DNA of 64,000 nucleotides from Octopus vulgaris (lineage: Eukaryota): positions 120,280,001 to 120,344,000 of the forward strand of contig OX597817.1 of assembly GCA_951406725.2 (NCBI GenBank). Direction: 5' to 3'. The notes beneath the pieces were generated by a model, which was not told the origin of the DNA, made no database searches, and saw only the letters and a list, made by a program, of their open reading frames with translations. Positions within the stretch are counted from its first letter, which is position 1. The number at the start of each line of letters is the position of its first letter. This document shows positions 1 through 10,887 of this stretch, piece after piece. The translations under genes were made by a program, and so were the position numbers.

Positions 1-1712
1 TTTTACTGATGCACAAAAATGTGTTTGTACTATTTCCACATCAATCCACAAAATATTTATGCAAAACTATTATATCAAGAGAAGTCTTATTGCATTCTGC
101 CGATTTCTGATTAGATTTAGCCAAAAGAAACAACATCAATAAAAATAGTTCTTTTTTTTTGTTGTTATTAAATAATGTATGATAGGAAAATGAGATTAAC
201 AGAAAATTATCTCTAATCTTTCACTTTGACAAATTAGTTTTGTTTTGAAGAAATTAATAAATAGTCAAAGGAAAATGAAAAATATTGATGTCAAATGTAA
301 ACATTTTCACTGAGCAATATCAATTAATAATTTTAACAAAAGGCACAACAAATTTCAACATCAGACCATTGCAAATCATTAATGTGTTCTACCAATATTT
401 ACTTAAAGTTTATAAAGAGCAGAAACTCGATAGGGTTAAATCCATATGCTTATAAAAAAAAGACATGTTAAAAAAAAAGCTAAACTTTGCTAAACAGTAG
501 AGATAATGATTGCCATCAGATGTTTATAACCAATGAGTAAACTTTTGTAAATGTACTGAAAATTGTGCTTAATCTTTATTGATCAAAGTTATCTTACAGT
601 GAGTATGGCTATCACAATTGAAGTAAAGTCTAACAATACAGTGGAAAGTGACTTAGTAGATAATGTCATGTGCCAGTAAATGATAGTCTACAAAATGATA
701 ATCTGCAAAAGCAGCTACATATGTTCCAGTTATTATGAAATTAAATTATAATTATGAAGGAACTGACACTTATCACTGGGCCTGGTCCTCTTTTCACTGT
801 CTCAACTCAATTCATATAATGTCTAACATCTCTGAAAATTGTTTCCTTTATCTAAATTTCAATTTTCAACAAACTATTCTAACATTCTGGCCTTTTTCAG
901 TAAAAATATTTATGATTGTATACAATTTCAGAAAGATAATTTTGACAGCATCATGAAATATTAATATATTTAATGGCATGAATAAAACTTATATCAAAAT
1001 ATGCATAAATACTTGTAAATTAACTATTCATTATCACTGCATATTTTGAGTTTTGCATCAATCACAATTAGATATTTATTTTTAACTTTTTAACAGTTAT
1101 CTTTGAAAGAAAACATAAAAAAAACAGAAACGGAGAGAGATAAGGAACTAATTTGTTTTCATAATTCCTACATTTCAATTTCACAAAGGCTTTCCAGGAT
1201 TTTCTCATAATAAACATTCTCATTTTTATAATACCACTTCAACTCAAATCATTATTTTCCATAAAGAAACTCATTGTATGCTGAAAGGTAATCAGTATAT
1301 TTTAGAAATTTCTCCTCATCAATCTTCACTATTGCAATGTAGTTTCCTATTCTCTTATAAGAAAATGCCAACAGAATCATGAATCAATTTTACTGGCTTT
1401 TAATACTGCTATATTTAGGAAATGAACTCAGATGATTTGATTAATTTATTTCAAAGATTGTACAATTCCTGATAGTGTCTTGAATTGCTTAAAACAATAT
1501 TAAGAGCTATAAACAATGTGTTTATTGGAATTAACTTTAATTTGTAATTATCAATACAAAATCTTGACTGGTGATATTCAATTTACTTCCTATCTCTTTA
1601 CATTTTATATTCATACAAATAAAGGAAACATTGAATTTAGAATTTACATGCAACAAAATGCTAGATCAATCAGAAGTTTTCAACTGGCTGAACTATAAGT
1701 AGGATAAATCAC

Positions 1713-1795
1713 CTCCTGTTCCACTTCTAATTTATATGAAAGTTACATAGTTAGATAATGGTTAATGTTTCTCTTGAAAAGTTGCAAATCAACAG
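1713..1795 (-). other. Candidate non-coding (UTR/lncRNA) exon
   Basis: Minus strand has a long polypyrimidine tract ending ...tttatttctatag, then 83 nt, then GAG|gtgatt. Stops in all three frames. Splice signals are the only evidence. Confidence 0.3.
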
Positions 1796-2049
1796 CTATA
1801 GAAATAAAGGTAACAAAGAAACAAAAAAAAAAGCTTCAGTGAAGTGCTTTATGCAGGGACTTGTGGGAATCAATAGATGTAATGAGAAAAGGGCATGAGT
1901 CAGGAGTGCCTATGAGGTGACAGCACAGGACCAGCAACTTAGAGGAGAAGGAGTCACTGCAGTAACCAAAATTTAGACCATGCCCTTGCACCATATGTTA
2001 AGCAGTTAGCTGGCCATATCGCAGTCATCCACACATAGAGACATGTTTT

Positions 2050-2292
2050 TTACAGGTGCTAGTGCCATGTAAAATGCACTCATGCCAGTGTTACATAGAT
2101 ACACCCATGCCACTGGCATGTAAAAAGCTGCCAGCACACTCTGTAAAGTGGTTGGCATTAGGAAGGGTATCCAGCAACAGAAACCATGCCAAAACAAACA
2201 ACTGGAGTCTGGACAGCACCTCGGCTGGCCAGTTCCAGTCAAACCATTGAAGCTATGCCAGCATGGACAATAGATGTTAAATAATGATGATG
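2050..2292 (+). mobile_element. Retroelement 3' module with RTE-type tail (family E)
   Basis: gtggttggcattaggaagggtatccagc...atgccagcatgga...gttaaataatgatgatg tail; related copies at about 8200-8380(-), 46745-47282(+), 48625-48960(+), 54893-54975(-). Confidence 0.7.
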
Positions 2293-3852
2293 TCTAGATG
2301 TCTGTAAGTGCAAGACAGCACCAGCAGCATTATCCGCAATGTGGGAACACGATGCCATTGTGGATCCCACTTTAGCTAAGTAATTCTTGGGGTCTGATTA
2401 TTTTCTAACCTTAAAAAAAGCACAGTTTTTCCAATGTTGAGTATGTATCATAGACAGAAAAGTTTCGAAGTGATGGTGAACCTTAGCATTTGTAGCAATC
2501 TTAAGGCTTTAGGCTGCATGCTATTTATATTTAAGGGAAGTGAAATATGATGTTTCCTTGCTATGTTCAGTAATTGTGTGTCTGTTCTTTTCAAGAAGAG
2601 AGACTGAAACTTGGGATGATTACCAGCCAAAGAGGTTTTCAAACCTTTTGTTCATGGAGTTAGTATAAATTTGTCATGAATTGCCTCGCTTGCATGTGGG
2701 TGATGACTGTGTATGAAAGGTTAAGGAAGAATGAAGAGTGCTATTATGAACTAATGAACTAATTTAACTGACAAAACAGTCTTGAGTTACTCTCAAGCAT
2801 TATATCAAATATGTGCAAGCCTCATACCAAGAAGACCCAGTAAGATAAAGCCATCAAAAATCATAACAACACTGGTAAAACAATTACTGAGAAAGTTGAA
2901 TAATTGGAAAGCAAATTTATTGAAACCTATTTCATTGTTTTTATTATTATCAATTATGTACAGATAACAGCTCCTTTGAAAAAATACCAGTCTTTATGTA
3001 AACCAGATTTGACTAATTTGGATATTAAAGATTAAGACTTTTTCTTAAATTTCCAGTCATTCGCTAGAAATATTGAAATTTTAAGATAATCTACTTAAAA
3101 TCATTGTGTGTATCAACAGTAGTATAGTTATCAAAACTGTGAAAAAGAGAACTACAGAATAATATTTACCATTTCAATAAATAATGGTTTCTAACATACG
3201 CAAGGCTATAATTTTGTTTTTACAGAGAAGCACATTGTCAATTATACTGAATCTAGTACCTAACCTGTACTTAATTCAACAATCCTAGAATTATGAAATA
3301 TAAATTGTTGTAAGTAAATACTGCAAGGCATTTTGTCATTCCGTCTATTGCTGCCAACCATTTTAATAAATAATGCAAAATGTAAAGCAAACTTAGAGAT
3401 ATACAGCTGCACTTCATGAGAATTTAGATTCTAGTATTTAATGTAATAGTAAGCACTGAAACATTGATCTATGCAATCTGGTTTTTGCCATCTTATTTCA
3501 AGTAAATTACTCGATATATAATTACACTTATTATATATTCTATACTATTATTTATTAAAAGAGAATAAGTTAGTTAACTGTATGTAAGTGTCATTGCAAT
3601 CACAGTTTTGGTATTGTTATTCTTTAAACATAAAAGAAGATATTTATATAATAATTAATAAGGTAGTTATCTAAACAAATTTTTTTTTAATTATTCATAT
3701 TTGAATTATAGTAAACACTAAATTCTATCCAGAAAATTAAATTCAACAAAAGACAATGTTTTACTTTTGACCCTCTGTCATAGGCCACAATTGATTTTAC
3801 AGGAATTAAAAGGTAAAATATATATTTAAGTCTGTTGTGCATATATGTACAG

Positions 3853-3985
3853 GCACAGCTGTGTGGTTAAGAATCTTGCTTTACAACTATGTGTGTGTGG
3901 TTTCAGGTTCAGTCCCACAGAAGACAAGTGTCTTCTGCTATAGTGAGTGAATTTGGGAGGCTAAAACCATCTGGAAGCCCAATAT
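3853..3985 (+). mobile_element. Partial tRNA-derived SINE (family A), decayed
   Basis: gctgtgtggttaag...ggttcagtcccac...caagtgtcttctgctatag, matching the head of the 4346-4745 copy. Confidence 0.7.
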
Positions 3986-3989
3986 ATGT

Positions 3990-4250
3990 ATATATATAAA
4001 AGCAAGAATGTCTGTCTGTATGTTTGTATGTGTGCATCACTAAAACTCGAGAACTACCCAACTGATTTCATTCAAATTTTACATATTCACTACTTAGGGT
4101 ATATGGAGTGTCAGGGCCCCCCAAAATTTTCCCCTTCTTGCCTAATGCGAGCCCAGAGCAATCTCTTAGACTGTTTCCATATTACGTGTGAAAAGTGAAA
4201 CAATAACATCTATTGTAATGCGAGATAATAGTTTCACTATGTATATAATA
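3990..4250 (+). mobile_element. Non-autonomous Helitron/DINE-like fragment
   Basis: Starts tatatataaaagcaagaatgtctgtctgt..., followed by aactgatttcattcaaatttt, the usual 5' organisation of Helentron-associated/DINE-like elements. Recognised by eye only. Confidence 0.45.
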
Positions 4251-4284
4251 TGCATACAGTGAAACTATTATCTCACATTACATA

Positions 4285-4326
<42 letters not shown>

Positions 4327-4345
4327 CGTAATATATATTATGTGT

Positions 4346-4745
4346 GAGTGGCTGTGTGGTAAGTAGCTTGCTAACCAACCACATGGTTCCGGGTTCAGTC
4401 CCACTGCGTGGCATCTTGGGCGAGTGTCTTCTGCTATAGCCCCGGGCCGACCAATGCCTTGTGAGTGGATTTGGTAGACGGAAACTGAAAGAAGCCTGTC
4501 GTATATATGTATATATATATATGTGTGTGTGTGTTTGTGTGTCTGTGTTTGTCCCCCTAGCATTGCTTGACAACCGATGCTGGTGTGTTTACGTCCCCGT
4601 TACTTAGCGGTTCGGCAAAAAAGAGACCGATAGAATAAGTACTGGGCTTACAAAGAATAAGTCCCGGGGTCGATTTGCTCGACTAAAGGCGGTGCTCCAG
4701 CATGGCCGCAGTCAAATGACTGAAACAAGTAAAAGAGTAAAGAGT
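4346..4745 (+). mobile_element. Full-length tRNA-derived SINE (family A)
   Basis: A box (tggctgtgtggt), B-box-like ggttcagtccc, CORE-like cttgggcgagtgtctt, internal (TA)/(TG) tract, repeated aaaagagt tail; very similar copies elsewhere in the window. Confidence 0.9.
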
Positions 4746-4749
4746 ATAT

Positions 4750-6200
4750 GCAGTTTTCCCTTCCAGAAATAACAGAGGTAGCAAAGTACAGTTAGAAAGA
4801 CATAGGAAAAATTTCTTTAGACTTTTCAAAAATTTAGGACTAAACATTACATTGGGTAAGGATTATCGTAGAGTGAATTTTCTAGACGCTACCTTCTGTC
4901 TTGATATTGGATTATTTGAACCATTTCATAAACCAAATGATCATATTAAGTACATTAACATACCATCCAGCCATCCACCCTTGATTACACAGGGACTAGT
5001 TAAGAATATTTCTACAAAAATCTCTAGCTTATCGCTAATAATAAAATTTTCGAATCACATGCAACTTATAATGCTGTTTCAGCTAGGGCTGGGTGCTGTG
5101 AAAAAGTTCAATATATACAAGATGCAGGCATACACAACACTGGTAATTTCTCCACCTGTGATATGCACTGTATACCACCACAATATCACAGTTTGAGAAT
5201 TCACTTAGATAAAGAATACAGGCCAGGAAGAATTGGTCATGTCAATGAACTACCAATGGAAACTCAAAACACTGTGACATAATAATCCAACTGCTTGTTC
5301 CAATCCTGTACAACACACTCAATCAATTAAACCTAAAAACAGAAATAGGAATCAGGATGTCCTCTGGTTTAACCCGATTTTTGGTTTGCCTGTTTCAACC
5401 AAGATAGTTGGAAAATTTTTGCTGCTTTGGACAAGTCTTTTCTTAAATCTAATTGGTATCATGCTATTTTTAATCAACACACTGTGAAGGTAGCCTACAC
5501 CAACTCTGCCAATTTAGAGCAGCTTGTGCATCACATAAACAACAGCAAAATGTGGCAAATGTTCAATAACCCACCTACTGGATCTACCAAACATTTGCAT
5601 CTAAATACCAAACAAGGAGATGTAAACCGCAATGATAAACACCAATTACAATCAATTTGTAGTAGTAGAAATACTTATGATACAGCTAACACGGTAACAA
5701 CACCAGTAAATGGAGTCAGGACTGCCTTATATACAAGTAAATATGATGAATGCTCATGTAGAGAAAAATCAAAATGTCCTTTGATGAATCTGTGTATGAG
5801 TACAAATTTTATATATAAATGTACTGTGCACACAAGGGGAAGGCTGTATGTTTACATTGGGTAAATGGCTGATTCATTTAAGAATTGTTATTGTAACCAT
5901 GTTGCCAGCTTTAAGACAATCAATAAAAAACATTCAACATCTTTGGCAGATTTTGTATGGCAACTGAAGGAGGACAAAATGAAGTACAGCATTAATTGGT
6001 CCATAGTAAGGTATGCAAAACCATACAATATAATTTCCAGGAGATACTGTCTCTGCTCCAAGGAATCCCTGTGTATTCTATAGACTAGCGAGACGATCAT
6101 TAATAGAATTTCTGAATGACTTTCAAGATACCTACATGCATATAAATGTACTTTCACACAATGCTGTAAGAATGAATTCTGAGTAACCGTTAACTTCATT
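4750..6200 (+). mobile_element. Decayed Penelope-like element (Naiad-type): RT C-terminus, linker and GIY-YIG endonuclease
   Basis: Frameshifted translation: QLERHRKNFFRLFKNLGLNIT..VNFLDATF..FHKPNDHIKYINIPSSHPP; RNQDVLWFNP; IFNQHTVKVAY; CSCREKSKCPLMNLC (CxCx5C); FIYKC..YVYIG; STSLADFVWQLK; YSINWSIV..AKPY..CLCSKE. Confidence 0.9.
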
Positions 6201-6906
6201 TAATTTAATTTACTTTAAGGTATGGATGACTTAAGTTTACATTTAACGTCCCCGTTCTTACAAACACCAAGTAGATAGCTAACTCACTTTGTGATCATGA
6301 GTGCACCACACTTCACATGTGCGTATGCTCGCATTTTTGTGGATGCTTGTATGAGTGAGTGTACTCATGTGAAGAAGCTTGCCAAAGGACATTTATACAC
6401 CTATATTTTTAATGGTTATTTTAATCTTCTTGCTGGATTGCATGTATGTTTCTCTTTTTGCCATCTGTGATTTGCCATCTGTAGCTTTTCTTATAAAACT
6501 GAAGTTAACTGAGAGTTATTATAAACCAATTACACCAGCTGTTGTTGAATAATCTGAATTAGCATCCTTTCAGTGGAAGTTAGAAGATTTCTTGGAAATG
6601 CAGTTGCTTCAAATACACAAAAGAATTCAAGGACCTAATTTGGACTGTAACAACATGCAATGTTGTGAGCACAGTTCAACAGAGCCTAAAATTTGTCATT
6701 AAAACTCTCTACCATTAATGGTCATAATACTTAAAAATTATGGAGAAATATAAGGAATACCTTTACGAAGCAAGAGGAAAGAAACAGCTGAATTGATTAA
6801 TTAATAACTCTTTTACTTTATATTTTAACTATAAAACCATTAAAAACCCAGGCAGCTACATACAGATGAATATTCATTATTAGTTTGTCACAGATGTACT
6901 CAATCC

Positions 6907-6936
6907 AATAATAATAATAATAATAATAATAATATA

Positions 6937-6968
<32 letters not shown>
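6907..6968. repeat. (AAT)n microsatellite, probable 3' tail of the minus-strand LINE
   Basis: Seen directly; abuts the LINE 3' end. Confidence 0.9.
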
Positions 6969-6970
<2 letters not shown>

Positions 6971-7085
6971 TCTTTTACTAGCCACGAGGACTCACATAAA
7001 ATAACATTAAATGACAGGCAACAACATAAACGAGGAAAACAGGATGATACAATGGGTTTTACAGTGTGTAAACAATATAAATAAC

Positions 7086-7350
7086 AATCACTGCTTGGAA
7101 TCAAACTCAGAATCTTGGGGTTAGTAGCCCGCACTCTTAACCACTATGCCATATGCCCATGGGCATATGGCGTAGTGGTGACCTGAACAATAATAATAAT
7201 AATAACATCGAAAAATACTTTGGGAATGAGAATCTAGGTTCAAAATTTCCCCCAAGACACCTGAAGAAGGCTGGAGGGTATGTCAGCCGAAATGTTGTGT
7301 TAACAACAAACAAGATGAAGACAAATATCCGTTGAATGTAAATAATGTAA
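7086..7350. mobile_element. Composite SINE-like element: head-to-head tRNA-derived heads plus an HHR-bearing body
   Basis: Minus strand 7163-7088 is a tRNA-like head (TGGCATAGTGG A box, GGG-CTACTAA-CCC arm, GAGTTTGATTCC B box). 7140-7179 is a 40-bp near-perfect palindrome. The plus-strand body carries an HHR at 7256-7301. Confidence 0.75.
7256..7301 (+). ncRNA. Minimal type-I hammerhead ribozyme motif
   Basis: GACAC-CUGAAGA-A-GGCUGG(AGGGUAUG)UCAGCC-GAAA-UGUU-GUGUU: stem I GACAC/GUGUU, intact core, 6-bp stem II, loopless 2-bp stem III, GUU cleavage triplet. Confidence 0.8.
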
Positions 7351-7989
7351 ATAATGCACATAAAGTGTGGGGGTTTACATATAATGAAATGATAAAAAAA
7401 AGATAAAGAAAGAATTGTAAGTATACACAGTATACACTGAGAAGGAAGGGACATAAGCATAGCATACAAAGGTTTTTAAAAAAGTGGTGAGGTGGATGAT
7501 AGAGATGTGGTACTCCTGATTCAGGATAGAGATAATCAAGGAACCCCACTATCCAAGATTTCCCAGGAGAAAGTGCCCTCTCCAATTCCTTCTTTCTAAC
7601 TCAAAGGTCTACACTTAGAGAAGTACCATCCACTCTTGCCATTTCCACAACTTTCACCCACCCTTCAGTAAGCTCACTCAAGGACAGCACTTCTCTCTCC
7701 ACTCTCAATTTCTTTCTAAAGGGAAACTTGAAGAATCAGCGAGAAATCTACCAAAGAGGAATGTATCTATCCTCATGCCTTTCAGCCTTGTCCACCAAAT
7801 AAAGCTCTCTCGGCACAGCCACCAGTCATAGGAAAACTGCATTGCCCGCCCGATTGAAGGAGGGTGGCGGTACGATCATCACAACAGACTTGGCTGACAG
7901 ATGGATCTGTCCCACCCATGACTGCAGCTGTTCAACATAGCCCCACAAGTCAGCAATGCCTGGAAGCAGGAATAATAATAATCATAATG

Positions 7990-8185
7990 GGTTCAAAGTT
8001 TGGCACAACACCAGCAATTTCAGGGAGAGGATAAGTCAATTACATTGATCCCAGTCAATGTAATTATTTGATCAACCCCAATCGGATGAAAAGCGAAGTC
8101 CACCTTGGCAGAATTTGAACTCAGAACATAAGACAGACAAGCATTTTGCCTGGCATAATAATGATGCTACCAGTTCATCACTTTT
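7990..8185 (-). mobile_element. SINE family B (Deu/Nin-like central domain), decayed
   Basis: Reverse complement of ttctgagttcaaattc...cttttcatcc...ggggttgat; homologous to 21334-21562. Confidence 0.75.
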
Positions 8186-9149
8186 CCAGTAATGATAATA
8201 ATCAGCAGCAGCAGCATTTAATGTCCATGCCTTATGCTGGCATGGGTTGAACATTTTGACAGGATCTGATTGGTCTGAGGATTGCACTGTGCTCCAGTAT
8301 CTGCATTGGCATGGTTTCTATGGCTGGATGCCCTTCTTAATGCCAGGGTACATTTTGTTTTTCATGCCATCAGCATTTGTGAGGTTTACATGCAGTTTGA
8401 AAATGATAATACTAATAATTAAATTCATCTTATATGGAATACAGTTGGTTTTTGAAAGCCATCTAGAATGCCTCTGTATAGTTCCTTGACCTGTTAGAAA
8501 TGGTAGCTAAATTTCCCTCAATTCTCTTGTTAAAAACATGAAAACTGACAAGATACTCATAAATATAGAAAGACCAGAACATCACAGCTGGAACAACTTT
8601 GATCACAGGCCTGCTTAGTTAGAGCTTACAAAGAGCTGAACAACATTGAATTTTCATTGCCTTCCCATTAATATTTAAAATCTAAATTCCATTAGATTTT
8701 TCTTTCCTTTTATAGATTTACAGTGGTTAAATAAAAGGACAATATGCAATACATTACATTTCTGTTTGTTAAACATGAGCAGATTTATAAGCTTGCAATA
8801 GAAAATTTTGTTCATCCATTTTCTGTTACTCAGAGGAAAAGAATAATATATACAGTTACATATTTACAAATCATTTTCTGATTTAATAAAATGTTTTGAA
8901 TCTTGAATGCCAAAAAAGTTTAGACACTTTTTCAGAATTTTCAACACATCAAAAATATTTGGATCACATAGGACTTTGGGTATTGATATATCTATAACGG
9001 TTATAGACAAAATTAGAAGCACAAACTTCACAATTGAAAACCATATTTAATAAATAGCTTAACTAAGATATATTTGAAGATTAACTTTCAAAAAGCACTC
9101 AGCTGATTGTAACAAATCTGTTGTTATACATAACATAGGATAATGGGTA

Positions 9150-9466
9150 AATGATCATAGGATTGCAGCTAGGAAGTTTCCCTCTGAGGTACAAGTCCGG
9201 GCAAGATTGCTTATGGAAGACCAGCAATCACTTATGTATACCAGCCTCCCCTCTCCTTGCCACTGGTGTTATCCAAGGGAAAGGCAAAGGCCAATGCAGT
9301 TTGGCACTCATGACATCGCAAATCATTTCTACAGTTGAGTGAACTGGAGCAGTGTGAAATAAAGCATCTTGCTCAAGAACACAACATGCAGCCCTGTCTG
9401 GGAACTGAAATAATTCCCCCATGATTTTGAGCCTGACTCTCTAATCACTGAGCCAAGCATCTTCAC
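9150..9466 (-). mobile_element. tRNA-derived CORE-like SINE (family D)
   Basis: Reverse complement aligns along its length with 59539-59834 (gttcttgagcaag...ctccagttcactca...ggtcttccataa..cttgcccggacttgt). Confidence 0.85.
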
Positions 9467-10300
9467 TGTAACCTATTGTAGATGTTCTTATTTACCCCAC
9501 CCCCACCCCAACTTAGTGCTAAGTCAACAGAGCTATAATCAAAGACATTCCATATGTGATCTTCCCATGTTTTTTGTATATGTAGGACAACATTGTTCAA
9601 AGTACTCTCTTTTTTTAATGATAGTAACATTTCACCTGTATTTCTTGCAAGTTGAGCAACCATGTACATATTCTCCAGTTGGCTGTAGAATTTATATATG
9701 ATGAATATAATGCGTGATGATTACCACGTATTTACTAAGACAATAATAATCTAACAGAAATATAGTTTTAAGAATAAAAGAACCTCCACAAAACAACAGA
9801 AAACATCCATAGCTCAGAAGTTATCAGAAAAAACAGAAAAAGACTTAAAATCTCAACAAAGACAATTATGTTAAGAATTTGTAATTAGTATTAATGAAAT
9901 ATAATTTGCAACAGGTTTGTTCTTAGTTCAAGTGCAGAGAACAATGTATTCAGACGCTTTCTTAAACCATTTCTTTTTTTTTATATGAATCAAGTATCAT
10001 GCATCTTACATAATTAATTACAGACAAGCCTATATGACACCAAAATATATTTTCAATTACACACTTATGTGAAAATACTTGTGTTTTCTGGGGTTTTTTT
10101 TAAAAAAAACAAAAACACAGAAATATTTTGCTCCATAATATTGAATAGGTAGTTGAACCTTACAAATGGTAAGAAATTTATGACAAATCTTGTAATATGC
10201 AACAACATGGTGAACTATTGTAGGATCAACTATTGTTTCTTTCTAAAAAGGTATCTAAAATAGGTGAACATATTCTTTTCAAAAATTTCATTCAAATATT

Positions 10301-10516
10301 CTTTTCTACTCTAGGCACAAGGTCTGAAATTTTTGGGGAGGGGGCCAGTTGATTAGATTGATCCCAGTATGCAACTGGTACTCAATTTATCGACCCTGAA
10401 AGGATGAAAGGCAAAGTCAACCTTAGCGGAATTTGAACTCAGAACATAAAAACAGACGAAATACTCCTAAGCAGTTCACCCGGTGTGATAACGTTTCTGC
10501 CAGCTCGCCAACTGAG
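10301..10516 (-). mobile_element. SINE family B with 14-bp target-site duplication
   Basis: TSD ttcattcaaatatt at 10287-10300 and 10517-10530; body homologous to 21334-21500 but with a different 3' tail. Confidence 0.9.
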
Positions 10517-10797
10517 TTCATTCAAATATTAATCATGCAATGTTTAATCTCAGCATATTAATGCAAAAGTTGGAACACTTTTATACCTAAATGTAAGAAG
10601 ATAACTAATCCTCTCACTGCAAAATTAAATTACATGGTTATTTCAGTAACGATGTTAAACATGTATCAAAAAGTACAACTGGTATTTTCGGCAAGTCACA
10701 CTGCCTCAGTAAATTTGACATATTTCAAAAAAAGTTATATTGGTATATAAAAACTCTTAAGTATTATTTTTTTCAAAAAAAAAACACAATGTCTTAC

Positions 10798-10887
10798 CTT
10801 ATATGTTTAATTGTTTCAAATTATTCTTTCAACCCTTTATCTTCTAACTCTACCCAATTTAATTCATCAGCCACAAGAATGAACAAT
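10798..10887 (-). other. Candidate 90-nt exon (non-coding/UTR, or stop-containing)
   Basis: Strong acceptor gattttctttcag| and consensus donor AAG|gtaaga; purine-rich body. All frames contain a stop (best frame LFILVADELNWVELEDKGLKE*). Confidence 0.5.

Larger units (their letters stand above)
6968..7965 (-). mobile_element. L1/Tx1-like LINE 3' fragment (ORF2 C-terminus and 3' UTR), interrupted at about 7086-7350
   Basis: Minus translation of 7965-7600: PGIADLWGYVEQL..HLSAKSVV..VFL*LVAV..IWWTRLKG..KKLRVERE..WVKV..DL*, resembling the L1/Tx1 ORF2 tail after the CCHC motif; (ATT)n tail. Confidence 0.65.

Noticed and set aside
2400-2760. RT relic on the minus strand (also 16790-17040)
   Set aside because: Motif hints are too weak to assign by eye.
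4268-4573. ORFs of 96-101 aa, with similar ORFs at 49258 and 58900
   Set aside because: Antisense translations of SINE family A plus microsatellite; the recurrence reflects repeat copies, not a gene family.
7088-7163. Functional tRNA gene (also heads at about 22150-22220, 34775-34845, 59540-59610)
   Set aside because: No proper acceptor stem, and each continues into a SINE body; these are tRNA-derived heads.
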